From the NCBI GenBank assembly GCA_964252035.1, contig OZ176203.1: DNA of 64,000 bases; one strand, 5' to 3'. The translations under genes and the position numbers were made by a program. The stretch is from Podarcis erhardii (taxonomy: Eukaryota). Shown one piece after another: positions 49,407 to 62,640 of the stretch; within the stretch, counting starts at the first letter, position 1; each line of letters opens with the position of its first letter. The notes under the pieces were generated by a model. That model was not told where the DNA came from. It worked only from the letters and a program-made list of their open reading frames with translations, and did not search any database.

Positions 49407-51789
49407 CTTTAGACTTATAGATGCAAATTTAGAAGTAATTACTGTAAATACAGTAAATGTCTCACCATACCAGAGAATACTGTGCAACTTCAGCAGGAAA
49501 AATGAGATTGGATAATTTTAGGGACAAGTTATCTAGGAGATGGGAGTTGCCTTGCTTAATTTTAATCAGATGCTCTCTGTATATTCTGCGATATTCAGAA
49601 CAAAGAGAAGAAGTTGTTATTACTATTGCCTCTGCAGTAATACCAGCATTACACCTGCTTTAGAATATGTTGATTGCTTAAGCAGTTGAAATCAGCAGTA
49701 TTAGTAAATCCCAGATTGCTGGTGGGGAGAAGGTTGAGATTGAGGAGGAGGACTAGCTCCTTGTCTAAGGCCAGCTAGTGAGTTCACAGCAAAGGTAAGA
49801 TTAAAAGCAAGGACTTTTGATTCACAGCTCAGCTACATAGTCAGTGGTACCTCGGGTTAAGTACTTAATTCGTTCCGGAGGTCCATTCTTAACCTGAAAC
49901 TGTTCTTAACCTGAAGCACCACTTTAGCTAATGGGGCCTCCCGCTGCTGCCGCGCCGCCGGAGCACGATTTCTGTTCTCATCCTGAAGCAAAGTTCTTAA
50001 CCCGAGGTACTGTTTCTGGGTTAGCGGAGTCTGTAACCTGAAGCATCTGTAACCTGAAGCGTATGTAACCTGAAGCGTATGTAACCTGAGCTACCACTGT
50101 ATATTTGCATTTCGGACCACTTGCAAGGTATCTGAGAATCCTGGTAAGGAATTCTCATCCTCATCCACAGAACTACAGCTCCTGAGGAAATGGGAACAAG
50201 GATTAAACCAGCAGTATGGCACATATTTTAAGAAGTGTTTAGGGTATTCTTGAAGGGCATAAAATAAGCAGCGTCCTCTCTAATGGTCACGTCTGTCCTA
50301 GAAATATTAGAAAAGCAGAAACACGATGCTGTAATCCTAATTGCCCCCTTTCAACATCTCTTCAAACATTATTTCCCGACTTGGAATAACTTTAAGTGCC
50401 CAATAACAGGCTCTTAAACGTAGATTAGGTTTATGACATTCAGTGTAAATGTTTACATTTCTAGAAGAAGAGTCTGAGCTCAAGGCTGTCTGGAAACCAT
50501 ATCCTGAGGCCATGTAGGCCTGTCCTTAGCGCCAGATGCACAGATGCTGATCGTACTTTCTTTGTGATTATTCTGTGTGTGCTCAGAGGCACTGATTATT
50601 GTGTTAAGACATAATCCTTCGACTGAAAACAGGTTCTAGTGGTAAGTGATGCACCAAAGTTTGTTTTTTTAAAGACTGCAATAAAATGTGCAGCAATTTA
50701 GAAGAAGAATAAAAACAGCAAATAAAAGCATCAGGGACAAACTCTTCAGAATAATTGCACCTCAAATCTGTTCTGTCAGGAATTAAGCATTTCCTCTTAA
50801 ATTTCTTGATTTTTCCACACAAGGAGATCATACTATAAAGTATAAGGTATGTTCTTCCTTGAACTGGCCAAACTAATGCTAGGATCTATAAATGTTGGTT
50901 CTTTCAATTTCCATTTTTTCCAGTCTTAAAATTCTGTTTTCTACATTCTGCAGTAATTTGTGATTCCCCCCCCCCCGAAAAACCCACAAACCCATAATGA
51001 AAACACTTCAGCATTTTAGTGCAAATTTCTCCTAATAAACATTTTTCGACGCAGTTTCCACTACATATTTTTGCATCCAGTTTCTCTGGATTAGGATATA
51101 TTTGCATATGTTCATATATGTGTGTGTGTGTGTGTGTGCATGTGTGCACTTTTATGCAAACTTCCACCTAGCAGATGCATTTGTATATACATTGTTTGGT
51201 TGGAGGACTGTATTGCAAAATTCGCAAAAGTACAAATTTCTAAGGAGAGCTGTGTTTCGAGTTCTCGTTTCAGAGACTGTCACTCCGACAGGTTTGAGCT
51301 GAATTGATTTCCATCCCCAATGCCTGTTGCCAACATGGACCAAGCCTGAGACCAACGTGTTCATTCAGAACTAGACCAAAAGTGCCGAAAAGGAAAGGTA
51401 TCGCTTGAATGTTGTTGCCGCTACAGCTTTATTCTCTCCACCCCCCCCTTTTAAGTAAACTATACACTGGTCTTTCATCAACCTGGTAATTCCAAGGCAC
51501 CATCTGCCATCAAAGGAAACTCCAGTGTATATGTGGCAGTAGCAACTGTACCGATAGTTGGGCGGAAGGAAAAGCATCACTGAGGATGTCCTGATAACTT
51601 CTAAATGTTTGGACCCAGCCGCTAGGTGTGGCTCTTTCAATGTCCTGCTCATCTAAAGGCAGAGAGGATGTTTGGGCACAGAGCAAAAAGCAAAGGCTGT
51701 TTCCCTTAGGTAATAGGAAGAACACCGGGGGGTGTGCTGCAGTAATTATGAAATGATAGAAGAAGCGGGGTGGGTTCGTTTATTTATAA

Positions 51790-51921
51790 TGTTATGAGAA
51801 TTTTAAGGTCTTAGATACAGAATATATGTTCATAAATGCATACATATCTAAATATATGAACTACGTGTCTGAAATAGTATGGGAGAGCAATCCTGAAGCC
51901 ATTTTGACTCTCCCAATGATC

Positions 51922-51970
<49 letters not shown>

Positions 51971-52816
51971 TTTATACCCCGCCCATCTGGCTGAGTCTCC
52001 CAAGCCACTCTGGGTGGCTCCCAATCAAGTGTTAAAAACAGTACAGCATTAAATATTAAAAACTTCCTTAAACAGAGCTGCCTTCAGATGTCTTTTAAAG
52101 ATAGGATAGCTGCTTATTTTCTTCACATCTGAAGGGTGGGCGCCACTACCGAGAAGGCCCTCTTGTCTGGTTCCCTGTAACCTCGCAGTGAGGGAACCGC
52201 CAGAAGGCCCTCGGCGTTGGATCTCAGTGTCTGGGCTGAACGATGGGGGTGGAGACACTACTTCAGGTGTACAGGATATATTCAAATATTCCTCTGCAGT
52301 AAGGGAGGCAAATGGGGAAAGCCTTCCCATTGTATTTTTCCCTTGCAAATCCTGTCTTACCGGCGTATTTGTGTATGAATAGGGTGAACCTGTGACCTGG
52401 ATTCAGGAACTAAAGTATTTACCATCACAAAAGAATGGCCAGGCTGCCCAGGTAATGCAACCAGTGACCATTATCAGGTATCCTGACAGACAGGATTTCT
52501 GCTGTAGACCACCTCTTTCTGTGATGTATATATGTTTTAGGGGTGGTGGTCTTGGGCTACGGGGTGGGCAATTTCAAAAGTCTATATAAGGGCTTGCGCA
52601 CCATTGTTCAGGGTTCTCCTCTCCTGCGTGTGGTGAATGGGGACCCTGTTGCAACTGTTCCTTTAATAAAAATCAGGCTTACTAGCCACTTTGCTTCTCA
52701 ATATACTCTGGTTGGCCTCTGTTATTTTCTCCTACTGACGGGGAATCCAATTAAGGACGCTGTACTGCTCTGGAATACCCCATAAAGGAAAAGGAGCAGT
52801 TTCCCCCCTTATAACA
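51790..52816 (+). mobile_element. Solo ERV/Gypsy-type LTR with 4-bp TSD, interrupted by an L2 fragment
   Basis: tgttat...ataaca termini; TSD ataa; TATATAA at about 52583, AATAAA at about 52665; L2 inserted at about 51923-52277. Confidence 0.85.
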
Positions 52817-54665
52817 ATAATATCACAGTAAAACAAATCATAGAACTGTAGAGTTGGAAGGGACCACAAGGCAAGGATCATCTAGTACAACCCTTTCAAA
52901 GAAGGTATCTTAAACCCAACATGGGACAAGAATCCACAACCCTGATGTATCCGATTTGCAGACTAATATATGGTAAATCTTTTCCTACATTGGGCATGTG
53001 ATGTTGCCACATGCGTCTGTATCTGAAAACTTATCACTGTGTATTAGTCCACAAATGGTATGAATTGGTGCTTTTATGAAAAATATAAGGTTGTTAAACG
53101 AGTCTCTTGAAGTGTAGCCAGAGATGGCAAGTGATCATTTTAATGAAAAACTCTCCTCCAATCATATACATTTGTCAGGGATCGTGAAGCCCATTCTTTA
53201 GTTATTTAATAAAAAAATAACAGCTGTAAACAGTGACTGTAAACAGATCTATAGTTCATCTTTTGAGATACTGAAGTAAGGGTAAGTTCAGCTAAATCAA
53301 TGAAAGGTGAGGGCAGAAAGAACACTTTATCTAACGAAACAATGTACAAATATCTTTATTGATAATTCAGTTTGCTTACATTGTAGTAACCGTAACAGTT
53401 GATTTTTAAGTATCCATAAAAAGCAAAATACACAAATATTTTACATGTTCATAACACTATATTAAAACAAATAATATTAGCTGCAACAAGCAGCCTAATT
53501 TACCTCCCCTAATCCACCTGCTCTGGTATGAGCAGCGAAGGGAAGATAAAACTCTATGGAAAAGCGGTACAGATCTCTCCGTGAATGTATCCCGTTTTGC
53601 TGATAAAAAGGGGAAAACATTTCAATGGCAGTGAAGGGCAATCCTGAACCAAGAACCACATGGCATACTGCATACGTAAACCTCTTTTGCGTCCATCATT
53701 CATTGGAGAGCCGAAATATTGTTTCCTTGTACTTTTAATTAAGAGCCACAACCCAATGTACACCACACTATTTATATGACCAGCGTTTATTGTGTTACAC
53801 ATGTAGGCCATGATCCAGCACAGAGAAATTCACAGGATCTTCACAGTTTCCAGAGGTCTACTTGTGTTAATCCGTTGCAACAAAGCCAGCAAATGGTTCT
53901 GTGTCACCTTAAAGACTTAACCGATTTATTAAGGCATCAAGATTTTGTGGGCTAGAGTCCACTTCGTCAGATAAATGAAGGGTTGTTTCCATAAGCTGGC
54001 AGGTTTATACTGTACATGGGATCAAGCGGCAATGGAATGCATGAAACAATTCAGTTAAAGGATGCAAAGAGAGAGGAAGAGACCAAGTGGTTGGGGAAGA
54101 ACTCTGTATCCAGTTGGGATGTCTAAATAGTGGAAATTTAAAAACAGTCGGACCTTTTCCTGTCTGTTTAATTATCTTATATTTGTATTGCTTCAGAAAA
54201 TATTTGTATAGTAGAGGTAGTTCCTTATTTGGCTACATTTTTAAAAAGAGCTTATAGATAGATCTGTTAGGCTTGCCTTGCTCCTCTCTTCAACATCAGC
54301 CTTAAGGCTGCCTGCTGATCAGAAGGACAACAACATCCTGGTCAGATGTTAGCAGTTTGATCTGCAGAAATCAGCAGTTTGATATGCAGAAATTCACATG
54401 TGACGTTTTTGGCAGCATGGAAGTAACCATTATCACTTGCTACTGTCTGCAGCATAATCTGCTTTTAAAGGCACAGCATCAGGAATCAGTACAGTCATAC
54501 ATCGTGTTGCGTTAGGTTCATGTTGTGTCTTTTCAGCTTGCGAACGCGGCAAACCCAGAATTGTATACTTCCAGGTTTCACCGAACGCGCAGAAGTGCTG
54601 CTCTAGTTGTAGACTTTTTGGGGTGCGAACGGCACAGATCATGTCCACAACTAGAGGTACCACTG

Positions 54666-54693
54666 TATGTGTGTGTGTGTGCGTGTGTGCGTG

Positions 54694-54725
<32 letters not shown>

Positions 54726-54726
54726 T
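54666..54726. repeat. Compound (GT)n-(GC)n-(AC)n self-complementary microsatellite
   Basis: Direct inspection. Confidence 0.9.
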
Positions 54727-56689
54727 GGTTGGCAACCCCAATCAGTGTACGGAAAACCAACATTTCTGGAAAGGTTACTATTCTCAAAAATACTGCATAA
54801 AATGAAATGTGAGGATAATATATTTAGAATACACAATTGTCTAAAGATTAGAGAGCATTTATGCTCTGCATCCATAATATATGACCAACGCATGTTCCAC
54901 AGGTGACCAAATTCCTGCACGGAAGGCAATTTGTTAAAAACCCACACATGGATTTTGTTGCATGTCAGGATGTGCCCAAGGTGCTTTCCACAGAGGAATT
55001 TAGGATCGAGTGTAACAGCTCTAAGACACATTAAAATAAACTCATCAAGGGGAAAATACCCCCATACATCATACAATGAAGACTACATTTTAAATAGAAT
55101 TACAAATATCATATATGTACAGTACTGAAATACTAGAAACAGTAGCAATAATACTGAGCAGATTCAAATAGAAAATTTATTCGGTTTCCCATTGACTTCA
55201 GAGGTTAAAAGTGCTAGTCGACTGTCAGTGGTAAACCACTGATCAGAACCATTGTTGGATTGACCATGCCAACATTAATACTTTTGCCTCTCTCAAACTA
55301 ACTGCTAAAGAGCATGGCAAGATTAAGGTGAAAGCAGTGAGTGTGTGTGTATGCGCACAGAGTTTATGGCTAATACTAAAGCACATGAATACATTTCATA
55401 TCTAGGACCTTCACCCATGCATTTTTCTTTTTCTGTGGTATTTTTCACCAGAAATAAAGAGTGTGTACAGCATATTCACTACGGTTGAATTATTCAATCT
55501 CTTAAGACCTAGGACACAAGACCTTTGATTTCTTACACATCTGCTTTCATCCTAATTGCCAAAGAATCATGGGAACTGTAGTGTTTGTTAAGGGTGCTGG
55601 GAGTTGTAGCTTTGCGAAGGGTAAACCAGTTCTTGGGACTCTTTGGCGGAAGCCATGAACTTTAAATGTACACAGCCTCAGAGGATGATAGAAAACAACC
55701 CACAATTGTTTCATTATAGTTCTGTTTAACGTTCCAATATAGTTTGTCATGAGCTCAAAGTGATGAGGGCAGTTTTATAAAAACCCTATCTATGGTGACA
55801 CACCATAACACATTGGCAACATCGTGCACAATTCTTTTTGCAGCTTTCATTCATTTTAGTAGGTGCTTGTGCAGAGAAATTTCCTGGTGGAATGTCCTTT
55901 AGTCATCCATTCATATGCATATTTACTGCCTACCACCATCAATGAGGCTTATTCTCTACTACTTTTCCCCCCAACAGTTTAGGAACTGCTGCCTAAATGA
56001 TGTTCCCCAACAGAGAGGGGCACATTTAGTGCCTGAGAAACAACATCCCATGTTCTGAACTCACCTGTGGGGGGAAAGATTATATATTCTAGGAATTTGC
56101 CATCCTTTTTAACCTTGCCTCAAATCTGCTATCTGGGGTGAATGTCTCTCTCTACCTCCTAGTAGGGCCAGCCAGGGATGCTTTAACAACAGTGGATCTC
56201 GCCACAGGGCCAAGGATCTGACTAGCCTTGAAGCTGCCAACTTTTATGGGCCTGTGGTCATGTTTGGAATTTGGGAAAAGTGCCATGGGTGGGCACCAGT
56301 CACAAAATAGCTGCCACAGGGTGAAGGGCATAACAAAAAAATAAAAATAAAAAAATGGTTGCCACATCTAGAGAAGCAGAAAAGAGACAGAAATGCGGAA
56401 AAGGTGTAAACATGCCCCCAGTCAGTGCCTGCTCTTGCTCATAGAAAGATCATTGCCCCTCTCCTCTGTTTTGAATGGGTGGGTGTTCAATCTTTACATG
56501 TTTATGGGGGCTGGTGTAGGGCAGGCTAAGTCAGTGGAAGCAAGAACGGCATTGAGGATGTGGGTTTTTGAGGGGATATTTACTGAGATCCTTTGCAAAC
56601 ACCATGAAGGGTACTCACAGGCATCATGTTGGCGGTGCCTGCTTTTTTAGCTCAGATTATATATAACCCAGAACAATTTTATTAATTTC

Positions 56690-57137
56690 TATTATGGTTC
56701 TCCCAGTAGTGATGTATGGAAGTGAGAGCTGGACCACAAAGAAGGCTGATTGCCGAAGAATTGATGCTTTTGAATTATGGTGCTGGAGGAGACTCTTGAG
56801 AGTCCCATGGACTGCAAGAAGATCAAACGTATCCATTCTTAAGGAAATCAGCCCTGAGTGTTCACTGGAAGGACAGATCCTGAAGCTGAGGCCCCAATAC
56901 TTTGGTCACCTCATGAGAAGAGAAGACTCCCTGGAAAAGACCCTGATGTTGGGAAAGATCGAGGGCACAAGGAGAAGGGGACGACAGAGGACAAGATGGT
57001 TGGACAGTGTTCTCGAAGCTACCAGCATGAGTCTGACCAAACTGTGGGAGGCAATGGAAGACAGGAGTGCCTGGCGTGCTCTGGTCCATGGGGTCACGAA
57101 GAGTCGGACACGACTAAACGACTAAACAACAACAACA
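56690..57137 (+). mobile_element. RTE-BovB LINE, 3' end of ORF with (CAA)n tail
   Basis: ORF 56694..57125 YGSESWT...RIDAFELWCWRRLLRVPWTARRSN...QYFGHLMRR is the BovB C-terminus. Confidence 0.92.
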
Positions 57138-57747
57138 CAGTGGAACCTCTACTTACCACCATAATCCGTTCCGGTGGCCCGTCCTTTAGGTGAAACGGGT
57201 CACTGGTAGAATTGCCGTTGTGCGCATGCGCAGACGGCAGAAGCTGCTTTTGCGTGTGCGCCACGGTCGCAACTTGGATCGGGCCCAAGTAGAGGCGGTC
57301 GTAAGTAGAGGTTCATCCTTGTTGTAAGCTTTAAACCTATTTTAACTAGCAGTAATATCTTTCAATGCACAAAAAAAATCTGCTCCTGGCAATGCACAAC
57401 ATGTTTATTACAAACACATTTTCTCTCGCACGCGCCCCATTCGTACAGGCATTAATGGGACCTGCCCATGTTTTATTATTTACTACTCTAGGTTTGGTTA
57501 TGTCTGAGATTTATAAAATGCTAACTGTGTGCTCTTTAGATAAACATAGGTAAAGATAGGGATCCAACATTTTCGACACTGATAGGTGCTAGACCTCTGA
57601 GAATATGTGGGTAGTTTCTTTTGCCATGGAAATAGTAAGAGCGAGCTCTCAAATGCAGGAAATCATTTGCAAGTTAAGTTATACTCTTCTCTATAACAGA
57701 GATGAGAAACACCTAAAACTGAGATGGTATAGAGTCAGGGCTGGGAG

Positions 57748-57901
57748 TAAAGGTAAAGGTACCACTGACCGTTAGGTCCAGTCGCGGACGACTTTGGGTT
57801 TGCGTGCTCATCTCGCTCTATAGGCCGAGGGAGCTGGCGTTTGTCCGCAGACAGCTTCCAGGTCATGTGGCCAGCATGACTAAGCCACTTCTGGCGAACC
57901 A
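57748..57901 (-). mobile_element. Sauria SINE, 3' fragment
   Basis: aaggtaaaggt...ctggcgaaccag matches the other copies. Confidence 0.8.
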
Positions 57902-59432
57902 GATTTGCTAATTTGCATAGCCTTATTTTTTTAAATTTATTCTGTAATGTTTACTACTTTGCACCATTTAGGCTGGCCAGTCCTGGGCGAGGGAGCAAAG
58001 TGGTAAGCAAGGCACTGAAACCTCATGCCAACCCTCCAAATCTTCAGAAGAAAGTTGACATTCTGAAGACAATGAATTCTGTGACTGCTACCATATTCTG
58101 TACCTTTTCCATGTGCAATTGCAGAACACAGAACATACTTAACGTCCGCATGCTTGGGGCAGTTTATTCATATACCGGTATTTCTCAAACTTGGGTCTCC
58201 AGCTGTTTGTTGGACTACAACGCCCATCATCCATGACCATTGTTCCTGCTAGCTAGGAGTGATGAGAGTTGTAGTCCAACAACAGCTGGAGACCCAAGTT
58301 TGAGAAACATTGATACAGTCGTATCTTGGTTGTTGAACGGAATCCATCCCGGGAGTCCGTTCGACTTCCAAAAACGTTTGACAACCAAGGCGCAACTTCT
58401 GATTGGCTGCAGGAGTTCCCTGCACTCAATTGGAAGCCGTGTTGGACGTTCAGCTTCCAAAGAACGTCCGCAAACCAGAACACTTGCTTCCGGGTTTGTG
58501 GCGTTCGGGAGTCAAAACGTTCGAGTCGCAAGGTGTTTGAGATCCAAGGTATGACTGTACTTGGTGAGGGAGAAATAATGGTAGTGTCTTTTTAAGAGCT
58601 CCAGAGTCGTAACCAGTGATGACTGGTTAACCCAGCATCAGACAGGGGTTGTTATGGCAAAGAGAAGAAATTGCATCTTTGATATGGGCCCACGGAGTGC
58701 CGCCCTGATCCCTGAATTGCTTAGGCTTCAGAAAATGGAGTACCAGATGCTGACCAGAAGTTAGCCACTCCTACTGTTTGTTCTCAGGCAGAGCTGTTGA
58801 AGAATATACATTTTCCCCACGGAAAGAAGACCAGTCTCCAAAGACGCATTCCACTCTGCTCCTGCAAATTCCTCTATCGTCCTTACCTCAATCACTCTAC
58901 AGCTTGTGGCTCGCTAGGCCAAACACAGATCCCTGCTTATGTAAACGGACTTGCCAGGAGCCTGATCAGCCTTCTTGGGTTTGCTGCCTGCCTGGTGGGG
59001 TGAATGCAGCTTTGTAGATCATGAGGCTGTGCAGGCCTGATCGGATCCTCTGATGAGAAATTGGTTTTACTTGCCATTTCCACCAGTGGAATGCAGCTGA
59101 GTTCCTGCTGACATGCTTATGGCTTCAGGACTCTGCTGGCGTTTTAAAAAATTCAGTTGCGTTGCTTTTCCCTGCTGCCAATCCTCCCTACATGGACACG
59201 CTTGCATTTTTCTTACTTAACAGCAGATTGTTTTGAGCCGGATTATGCTCTTTTAATTTTGTTTCTGGCTATGTGGGTAAAATATTGATATATTTTTAAA
59301 GCTGTGGTGGTGTTTGGTTTGGTTTTTACTCCACGACACGATGCGACATGCTTAATGCATCAAGATGCAATTTGCACATTTGATAAGGGATTATGTTTTG
59401 GACACGCCTGTATCTTTTAATCTCTCCCACCA

Positions 59433-59477
<45 letters not shown>

Positions 59478-59862
59478 TACAGTAATTTATAGACAAAGCT
59501 GGCTTTGTCCTAAACAATACCCATGGTATACTATATACAAAGAATTATTACTCAGGCTCCCAGGGCTAGTTCAATGAATACAGAGTTGTTTCGTTCACAG
59601 GATTGGAGAGTGATCTGGAAGTGCTCATTCCGAAGAGTTTAAGTGCTTTCAACAAGGGGTTTTCTTTTTTTGCGTCTCCTGGTGATTTTCATGTGTTCAA
59701 ATAGCTACGGGCGCCGTGCGTAATCACAACTGGTACAGACTGTAAGCAAAGTTTTGCAATTTGGTTTCCCGAGCAAACTCCAAACTCGTTTCTCCCCGGA
59801 AATCTGCTGTTTTTAACGTTAACAGTCTTTTGTCGCAGGAGCTGAGGGTACACTTCCCTTTC

Positions 59863-59994
59863 TTAAGACGAGCTGTACTTGTTACTGGAGCGGAAATTGT
59901 CATACCCGTGATCATTGGCTCTGAACTTTAAGCAGGAGTGCTTCTCTTCCAGGGACAGCATATCTTTCGAATGGCACCAGCAACACAGACATGA
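59863..59994 (-). CDS. EDNRB: Endothelin receptor type B, last coding exon ([43 protein letters not shown])
   Basis: ttcaag|TCA...TAA; diagnostic ETB C-terminus [17 protein letters not shown] and the palmitoylation CLCCWC cluster. Confidence 0.96.
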   Translation of the reverse strand, partial: SCLCCWCHSKDMLSLEEKHSCLKFRANDHGYDNFRSSNKYSSS

Positions 59995-61361
59995 CTTGAA
60001 AGAGAGCAGAATCCCTTATTAGAAGGCTTGGTGCAACACTTCAATATAGAGAATGCCTACTACCTATTTCTGACCAAAAACTCAGAACTCTTTTTTGGGG
60101 TTGCAATTTATTTACCGTATTTTTCGCTCTATAAGACGCACCAGACCACAAGACGCACCTAGTTTTTCGAGGAGGAAAACAAGAAAAAAAATATTCTGAA
60201 TCTCAGAAGCCAGAACAGCAAGAGGGATCACTGTGCAGTGAAAGCAGAAATCCCCCTTGCTGTTCTGGCTTCTGGGATAGCTGCGCAGCATGCATTCACT
60301 CCATAAGATGCACACACATTTCCCCTTACTTTTTAGGAGGGAAAAAGTGAGTCTTATAGAGCAAAAAATACGGTATGTTTACATTTCTATCCTAACTTTT
60401 CTCCAAGTTGCATGGTTCCCCCCTCCTCCATTTTATTGCATCCACCCAGTGAGGGAGAGTTAGGCTCAGGGCCCAAGGTCACCAATAATAATAATTATTT
60501 ATTATTTATACCCCGCCCATCTGGCTGGGCTTCCCCAGCCACTCTGGGCGGCTTCCAACAAAATATTAAAATACTGTAATGCATCAAACATTAAAAGCTT
60601 CCCAAAACAGGGCTGCCTTCAGATGTCTTCTAAAAGTCTGGTAGTTGTTGTTCGTTTTGACATCTGGTGGGAGGGCGTTCCACAGGGCGAGAAGGCCCTC
60701 TGCCTGGTTCCCTGTAACTTGACTTCTCGCAGTGAGGGAACCGTCAGAAGGCCCTCGGCGCTGGACCTCAGTGTCCGGGCAGAACGATGGGGGTGGAGAC
60801 GCTCCTTCAGATATACTGGACTGAGGCCAAGTTGTAAGGACCTGAACTCAGATCTCGCAGGTTCTCATCCAACACCCTTAACCACTACACCACTTCAGTC
60901 TCTCCAGTCCATGGTCTACCTCACTGCTCCTCCAAGTAGGAGGTGGACTTGCTGGAGAACTAGAGCCAATTGCTTCTGTGGCTCTTCTTTCTCCCCGAAT
61001 TTTCTTATCCCAGGTTTTGAAAATGTGTGCTCCCTATTGAATTAGGAGTCCCCTCCTCCTAGTCTGTAAGTTGACAGTGCTAAGGAATCAATGGGACAAC
61101 CACAGTTGTAGTCCTTAGGGATGCCCCTAGAGAGCAGCTGATTCATGTGGAAACTGTGCAAAGAAGGAACACTTTTATATAGTAAATTTGCACTAGACAC
61201 CTTGATAATTTTGTTTGCCAGCGCCTTTAAGCAGAAACAAAACCTGTCCAGTTCATTATCCCAGGCACACCTCAAGGTCTCATCCCAGCGGGTCTTGGGT
61301 TTGGATTTTTCCCTTAACCTGAGGGTTTCTATAAAAGCACATTTCAACAAAGACTTCTTAC

Positions 61362-61470
61362 CTTAAAGCAGTTTTTGAATCTTTTGCTCACCCAATAGAG
61401 AGCAATTGGATTAATGCAGGAATTCAGGGATGCCATGTTCATAGCAATGTAGTTCCATATGAGCAAAAAG
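61362..61470 (-). CDS. EDNRB: Endothelin receptor type B, TM7/helix 8 exon ([37 protein letters not shown])
   Basis: atgcag|C...AAG|gtaaga; 109 nt; NPIALY motif; not shown in the ORF track. Confidence 0.94.
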
Positions 61471-62334
61471 CTGCATGGGGGAAAAAGATGAAAAATAGTT
61501 GAAATTCTTTATTTAAAGATAGTTAAGCACCAGGACGTGTTAGGAAGTCTACTGCAACTAGGGAGCACGTGTGATATAGAGGTAAATAGTGCTGGACTAG
61601 GAACAGGGAGAAATAGGTTCAATTCCTCACTCACCCATGAAGCTAGGTGGGTGATCCTAGAACATTTTCCCCTGTAGTTATTTTGAAAGACTTCAAAATA
61701 AGGAATTTCTCATTTGTGGAAGCAGGCTGCTAATCACACTATCTTCTGAAAGCAGGGGGGAAACTGCTCTAGTCTTTCCAGAAGAAACTAGCTATTTTGG
61801 TCCAGTGTACAATGGGAGCTTCCCTTAAAGAGTGAGCAAATAGTTCTACAGGCTGGGTGTGTCTCGTTGGGAATCTAGGGCTTTCATGCAGGAGACAACA
61901 GTTGGAGGACCGTTGGTTCCTCCCCACGACTGATTTAAGGTAGTCAGATTAGGAAAAGATTTCAGGTAGCACTGCTGGACTTCTTGGGGTTGTTTTGGTG
62001 GGGAAATCAAGATCATAAATAGGAGGTAGGTCACAAAGAAGGAAGTCTGGTAGGAAGGATGAAAGACAAGAAAAAAAGGATGAATTCATTTGGTGGTGGT
62101 GAATAAACACAGTGCAAAGGAGGATATTGTCTTCCCATGCTTTCAATCAGGACTACACTGCTTTCCTTGCCATCACTTTTTGGCCTGTGGAATTTCACTC
62201 TGGCTCCACCCTAGACTGTGCTGCACACCTCAGTCTCACTTCATCAGCGAAATTTTCTGCGTATTTTATTGTGAAAAGCATCATGGAAGCTCTCAGAGGC
62301 TAAAGATCAAGCATACAGGGCAGCCTAAAATTAC

Positions 62335-62452
62335 AGGTAGGTAGCCGTGTTGGTCTGCCATAGTCAAAACAAAATTAAAAAATTCCTTCCAGTAGCACCT
62401 TAAAGACCAACTAAGTTAGTTCTTGGTATGAGCTTTCGTGTGCATGCACACG
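62335..62452 (-). mobile_element. Penelope-like element terminal fragment, truncated within the hammerhead
   Basis: Near-identical to 22005-22091 but lacks the ttcttcagatac (CUGAAGA) part. Confidence 0.65.
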
Positions 62453-62640
62453 AATCCACTTTCTTTGTTCTTCATTCAGGTTCGCTGTTCTCGTTCACAA
62501 TATCAGTAAAGAAAAATAATCCTTTTATCTGATTATTCCCCCCCAACTGCCGCACTATTCTCTCCAGCTGAAGTTTAACTGCCACTTTGTTGCGTGTCAG
62601 TTATGTGTACCCATATAATGTGTTGTGATAAATTTCCACC

